The notes beneath the pieces are model-generated. The model saw only the letters and a list, made by a program, of their open reading frames with translations. It did no database searches and was not told the origin of the DNA. DNA of 64,000 nt, taken from the NCBI RefSeq assembly GCF_009914755.1, contig NC_060939.1; one strand, written 5' to 3'. The position numbers and the translations under genes were made by a program. Of this stretch, positions 56,043 to 64,000 are shown in pieces (the first letter of the stretch is position 1; every line of letters starts with the position of its first letter). The DNA is from the human T2T-CHM13v2.0 reference genome, Homo sapiens.

Positions 56043-56229
56043 TTAGAAAATTATCCCAGCTTCTCAGGAAACTGAGGCAGGAGGATGGCTTGAGCCCACG
56101 AGTTCAGGTCCAGCCTGGGCAACACAGTGAGACCCTGTCTCTAAAAAAAAAAAAACAAATGTAATATGATTAAGTTAATCAAATAAGAACAGAAGTAGAA
56201 TGAATATACTCCAAATCAGATTCCAGAAA

Positions 56230-58790
<2,561 letters not shown>

Positions 58791-58923
58791 CCGTACTCTT
58801 CCGTAGGCCTCTAATATTTCCCTCTTTACAGAACACTGACACACGCTCAGGGCTCCCCGGGACATCTTTGTGCACATCAACATTTATGCTGAGAGTAGCT
58901 TCTGGACTCCAAAGAGGAAACTC

Positions 58924-59209
58924 CCCGGGCACTGTGGCCCACGCCTGTTATCCCAGCACTTTGGGAGGCTGAGGTGGGCAGATCGCTTGAGCCCAGGCGT
59001 TCGAGACCAGCCTGGGCAAAATAGCGAGACCCACCCCCGCCCCCCATTGCTACAAAAACATTTACAAACTAGCCGGGCGTGGTGACCCCCGCCTGTGGTC
59101 CCAGCTGGTCGGGAGGCTGAGGTGGGAGGATCTTTTGAGCCCGGGAGGTCAAGGCCGCGGTGAGTCGAGATCGCACCACTACACTCCAGACCGGGCGACA
59201 GAGAAAGAC
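58924..59209 (+). mobile_element. AluJ, CpG-rich, at the CpG island shore
   Basis: J diagnostics gcttgagcccagg, ctgggcaa, ggaggatc..ttgagcccgggaggtcaaggc. Confidence 0.88.
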
Positions 59210-59489
59210 ATCCATTCACTCCCCCAAAAGAAGGGGAAATTCGCTGAGGCTGAGCGCTGGTTTCCCAAGGTGGGGCTGGCACCTGCTGAAGCTGCCACAG
59301 GAGTGGAGAGGCCGTAGGGAGACTTGGAAAGAACCTGGAAAGGGGGCCGGGGCTATGGAGCCAAGGCTGCAGCAGGGCTGGATGGTGTTTGTAGTTTGTG
59401 CAGAATAGGAGGCAGTTTTTAAAGCCGAGATACAGCTCTGGTTGACTGGAGCGGGGAGGGGTGGGTGTGAGAGGTCAGGAAACCAGCGG

Positions 59490-60870
59490 CTGGAGGCCGG
59501 GGGCCTGGAGCGGCAGGGCTGGCGGGCAGACGTTAGGCCCCAGGCAAAATGGGCGCACCCCCTGCGGGGGCCCGAGGTGACCTGCTCGAGGTCCGGTCGC
59601 CCAGGTTCCACCTGGAGAAGAAAATCTTCGTAATTTGGCTGGGGGAGGGGGGATGCGGGCACAGGCTGTGTTCTCCACGTCGCGTAGACGCAGAGGCCAT
59701 CCCTGGGTCGGAGAGTCTCCGTGGAGTGGCACCCCAGCGTTCCCCGTACGCCGGGGCCGCTTTGTCGGGCTGACGGGGGTCCCTCCGGGTGGCCGCCGGC
59801 GGCGGGTCCCGAGCCAGACCGGGAAGCGGGGAGCAGCCCTCAGCCCGCGAGCGCGGGGCCGGGGCAGACTGGAGGCCGGGCGGGCCCCGCCGAGGGTGGG
59901 GCGGGGCCGGGCGCACGGGGGCGGACCTCGGCGCGCTCCCGGCCGCTCGGTGGCTCCGGGGCCGCGGCGGCTCCTCTGCCGGGTCGCGCCGGACGACTGG
60001 CTTCGGGCGGCGGCCCCGGCGGCCTGTGGACGGACGGGTGGGCCGAGGTACAGGCCCCACGGCCGCCGTCTCCCGCTTCTGCCCGCGCAGAGTCCGCGCC
60101 ATGGCCGCCTCGCCGGGCTCGGGCAGCGCCAACCCGCGGAAGTTCAGTGAGAAGATCGCGCTGCACACGCAGAGACAGGCCGAGGAGACGCGGGCCTTCG
60201 AGCAGCTCATGACCGACCTCACCCTGTCGCGGGTGAGGGCCCGGGCCGGCGCGGGCGGGGGCGGCCACGGCCGCGGGCGGGACCCGCGCGGCGGGTGAGA
60301 GGTTGCGGGGCCAAGGCGATGGCGGGGCCGGGCGGGGGCCGCGCCCGGGAACCGGCGGCTGGGAGGGGGACCGGAGCGGCCGCGGCCTCGGCGTTTCCCC
60401 GCCTGGCGACACCCGCTAGCCGTTCGCGATCCCGGGCTGAGGTGGGAGGGTCGCCCGGCCCCGTGTGCGGGAAGATGGGCAGGGGTGAAGCCCGTGGAGG
60501 CGGGCGGCCGTGCGAGGGCGGCCTGAGGGGGAGGAGGACGAGGAGCCCCGAGAGGAAATCGCAAACAGCTCGGAGGCCGGCCGGGTGGCGCGGCGCGGCT
60601 TCTGGTCGCTCCGAACATCCCCCACCATCGAGCCCTGCTGTTCTGCCGGCGTGGAAGGCCGCGGGCACCCCAGGGTCCCACGCGCTCGTGGGGGGAGCTC
60701 TGTGCACAAGTCCATCCAGGGCCCGGCCCTGGGGTGGCTCGGGTTGTTGGAACCACGACGGGATTCCGTGTCGAGTGTGAGGCTCTGCTCCTTTTACTCC
60801 TTGGAGGTGCTTTATCGGGTCCAGTTTACTTTGTTCGGCCCGGGATATTTAGTGAGAACTGACAAGCGTC
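59490..60870. promoter_or_regulatory. CRTC3: CpG island / CRTC3 promoter and 5' UTR
   Basis: Very high GC and CpG density, several GGGCGG boxes, no TATA box, surrounds the first coding exon. Confidence 0.92.
60101..60232 (+). CDS. CRTC3: CRTC3 exon 1 coding part (N-terminal CREB-binding domain)
   Basis: Strong Kozak gccATGG; [44 protein letters not shown] ([12 protein letters not shown] is the CRTC/TORC N-terminal signature); donor CGG|GTgagg, 132 nt, phase 0. Confidence 0.97.
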
Positions 60871-61144
60871 GCTGGTGACTGGAGAGGGACCTGGAGGAAT
60901 GAGTAAGGCGCGAGCCGGGACAAACACCTGGAGAGGTTAGGTAACCGCTGAGTGAGGCAGTGGAGGATGGAGAGCCAACCGGAGTGTCCGCGCAGGGTTG
61001 CAGAGAAGGGGGGTCAGCAGGAGTGGGGCTGGCCTTGAGGATCCTGAATGCTGACCTTGGAGGACCATCGGGAGGATGGGGGAGGATCTGCAGATTCTGG
61101 GGGACTGAGGCGGGGGAGACAGTTTGAAGGAGAGCTGAGAGCAG

Positions 61145-61690
61145 AGTTGCAAACCAGCTGAGTTGCAGACACATTATTTTTTGGCCAGCGCAGTGTTTGG
61201 GAAAAATTATTGAATCTGTTGCCAGAATTTTTAAATTGGAAGACTTCCACACAAAATCCAAATTTCCGTATTATTTATTTATTATTATTTATATATGTTA
61301 AAAATTGGGAGACCTGGTAACACTAATCCTGAATTCCTACATGACAGCTACCGACCTGCTGGAGCTGGGTGATGATGAAAGGGAGCTGAGCTGAGCTCCC
61401 TTTCAAATGGAGTAAGAACTCTAGTTTGCCACCGTCCACTCTCTGTCACAGTCCCCCAAGGGGAGATTAGGTGACAGTTGCCATTTATACTCATGATGGT
61501 GTTTTCTTTCAGTGAAGTTAAGGAAAAAGTGAAATATTTCCTGTACTTACATTTCTGTTCACATTGAGAAAAAATATATATAGAGAGAGAAAGAAGCTGA
61601 AGATTTCAAGAAAATGTTTTCTTATACCCTATCAGCTTCACTCATTTTTTACCTGCCTGGCATCCACTGGCATTTACATCTGTGACCTTG
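61145..61690. mobile_element. hAT-Charlie fragment (MER102/Charlie4-like)
   Basis: ttttaaattggaagacttccacacaaaatccaaatttcc, ggagacctggtaacacta. Confidence 0.5.
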
Positions 61691-62455
61691 GTTAGATTCA
61701 GAGATGAACTCGATAAGCTCAGAGCACGTTGAAAAGAATGGGTGGGTGAAAGCTGAGGATTAGTGTTGGGGCCTGTGTTGTTATGTGTTTTTAAATACAT
61801 ACTGTACAATGTTTATGTACAAATACATGCACTGTATATGTCTGTATACTTATGGCGGATCCAATCTTTCACCCAATTCATGAATCTTCTTTAAAATATC
61901 CCTGACAGGTGTGGCCATGAGTAATATACAGACTCTCTTTTAAAAGCAAAAATTTTTCACAGATCCTCACTGTTTACTTACTTTCAAGTAAAAAAAAAGT
62001 GTTTACTTACTTTAGAGACCCTGCTATAGCTCAGGGTCTCTTGAATTTAGCAAGCCTAATCAACTGTGGCCCATATGATAATTCAGTCACCACTTTATTC
62101 TAATTACTACAAAATTATGGTGTCATTTTGCCCTTCACCTGGTACAGGGAATCATTTACATATTAATTCTGCCCGTGTTTTCTTCTTGGCCAGTTACCAG
62201 TAAAGTAACACTGCTTGGCTCCACCGTGTTCATAAACACATCTGTAAATGATAACACTGAATTTGGCTACTAATGTTTGCTTATTTAAAAATCTTAAGGG
62301 TTATTTTCATAAAGAAATCACAAAATTAGAATACTTCTCATAGAGAACTCTTAGATTCCCAGCATGTCTATGAAGAATGCGTCTCTAAGGATCCAAAGAT
62401 CCCAGTTGGAGGAGTATCTGCCTAGTTCATAATTGGTAACTGGGTGGCAGATATA

Positions 62456-62533
62456 CTGACTTTTCATTACTAGCCCATGACAGACATGCTAATTCCTGAC
62501 TTTTCATTACTAGCCCATGACAGACATGCTAAT
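62456..62533 (+). repeat. Tandem duplication, period 40
   Basis: ctgacttttcattactagcccatgacagacatgctaat x2 (62456-62493, 62496-62533). Confidence 0.97.
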
Positions 62534-62832
62534 CGATAGGGCAGACATTACTGATCTATCTAGATGCTCTTTCCCCTCTGAGCCTGTGTTGGGATTCAAG
62601 TTCTTCTCTACATGATCAAAGCAATCCTTCAGAGTTGGCCTTACTTACCTATTCACCTAGGCGTTACTTATCCTATTCACCTAGTGGGTAGGATAGACTA
62701 GACTGTAGAGGATTTTCTCTAGCTTTAGAAGTCCGGCATTATCAGGAAGCAGTGGGAAAATTTTGAGAAGGGAGTACTAGGAGGAGGAGTTGAGTGGTGG
62801 TACCTGGAATGGTAAAGAGAGGGAAGAAAGTG

Positions 62833-64000
<1,168 letters not shown>

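Noticed and set aside
59771-59775. TGACG half-CRE in the CRTC3 promoter (autoregulation idea)
   Set aside because: A single 5-mer in a CpG island is expected by chance
59789-60100. Open in-frame stretch upstream of the CRTC3 ATG (possible non-AUG N-terminal extension)
   Set aside because: The in-frame GTG/ACG codons nearest the ATG have C at -3, the stop-free run is explained by GC content, and the ATG has a strong Kozak context
59533-60756. 407-aa minus-strand ORF and other long overlapping ORFs over the CpG island
   Set aside because: Pro/Arg/Gly/Ala-rich with no domain; long ORFs in all frames are expected where GC content suppresses stop codons

Overview
Human (primate) genomic DNA, recognisable as the IQGAP1-CRTC3 region (15q26.1 from memory). 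On the + strand it holds the last 20 coding exons of IQGAP1 (2859-30124; exons 19-38 if the gene has the 38 exons I recall). I traced all their GT-AG junctions by hand: they give 2796 nt, i.e. 931 aa plus stop, covering IQ1-4, the GAP-related domain and the RasGAP C-terminal domain. A ~2.1 kb 3' UTR with four AATAAA signals follows. Then comes a ~27 kb intergenic block built almost entirely of transposons (Alu, L1/HAL1, a solo LTR12/ERV9, a solo LTR22-like LTR, MER elements), and finally the CRTC3 CpG island, coding exon 1 (60101-60232) and the start of intron 1. About 65 Alu copies explain most of the supplied ORFs. I found no RNA genes, no CRISPR array and no additional protein-coding gene, and I cannot claim a wholly new system. 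Best leads: (1) a complete intronic polyadenylation cassette right after IQGAP1 exon 19, predicting a truncated N-terminal isoform; (2) a stop-free, phase-0, 606-nt IQ-motif exon block with inverted Alus on either side (circRNA candidate); (3) an LTR12 pointing at CRTC3, plus a cryptic acceptor 10 nt before the CRTC3 ATG; (4) a 99-bp locally templated insertion inside an Alu; (5) a cluster of micro-duplications and hairpins in CRTC3 intron 1; (6) a CpG-preserved old AluJ next to the CRTC3 promoter. Repeat boundaries are approximate and subfamily names come from recognition, not from RepeatMasker.
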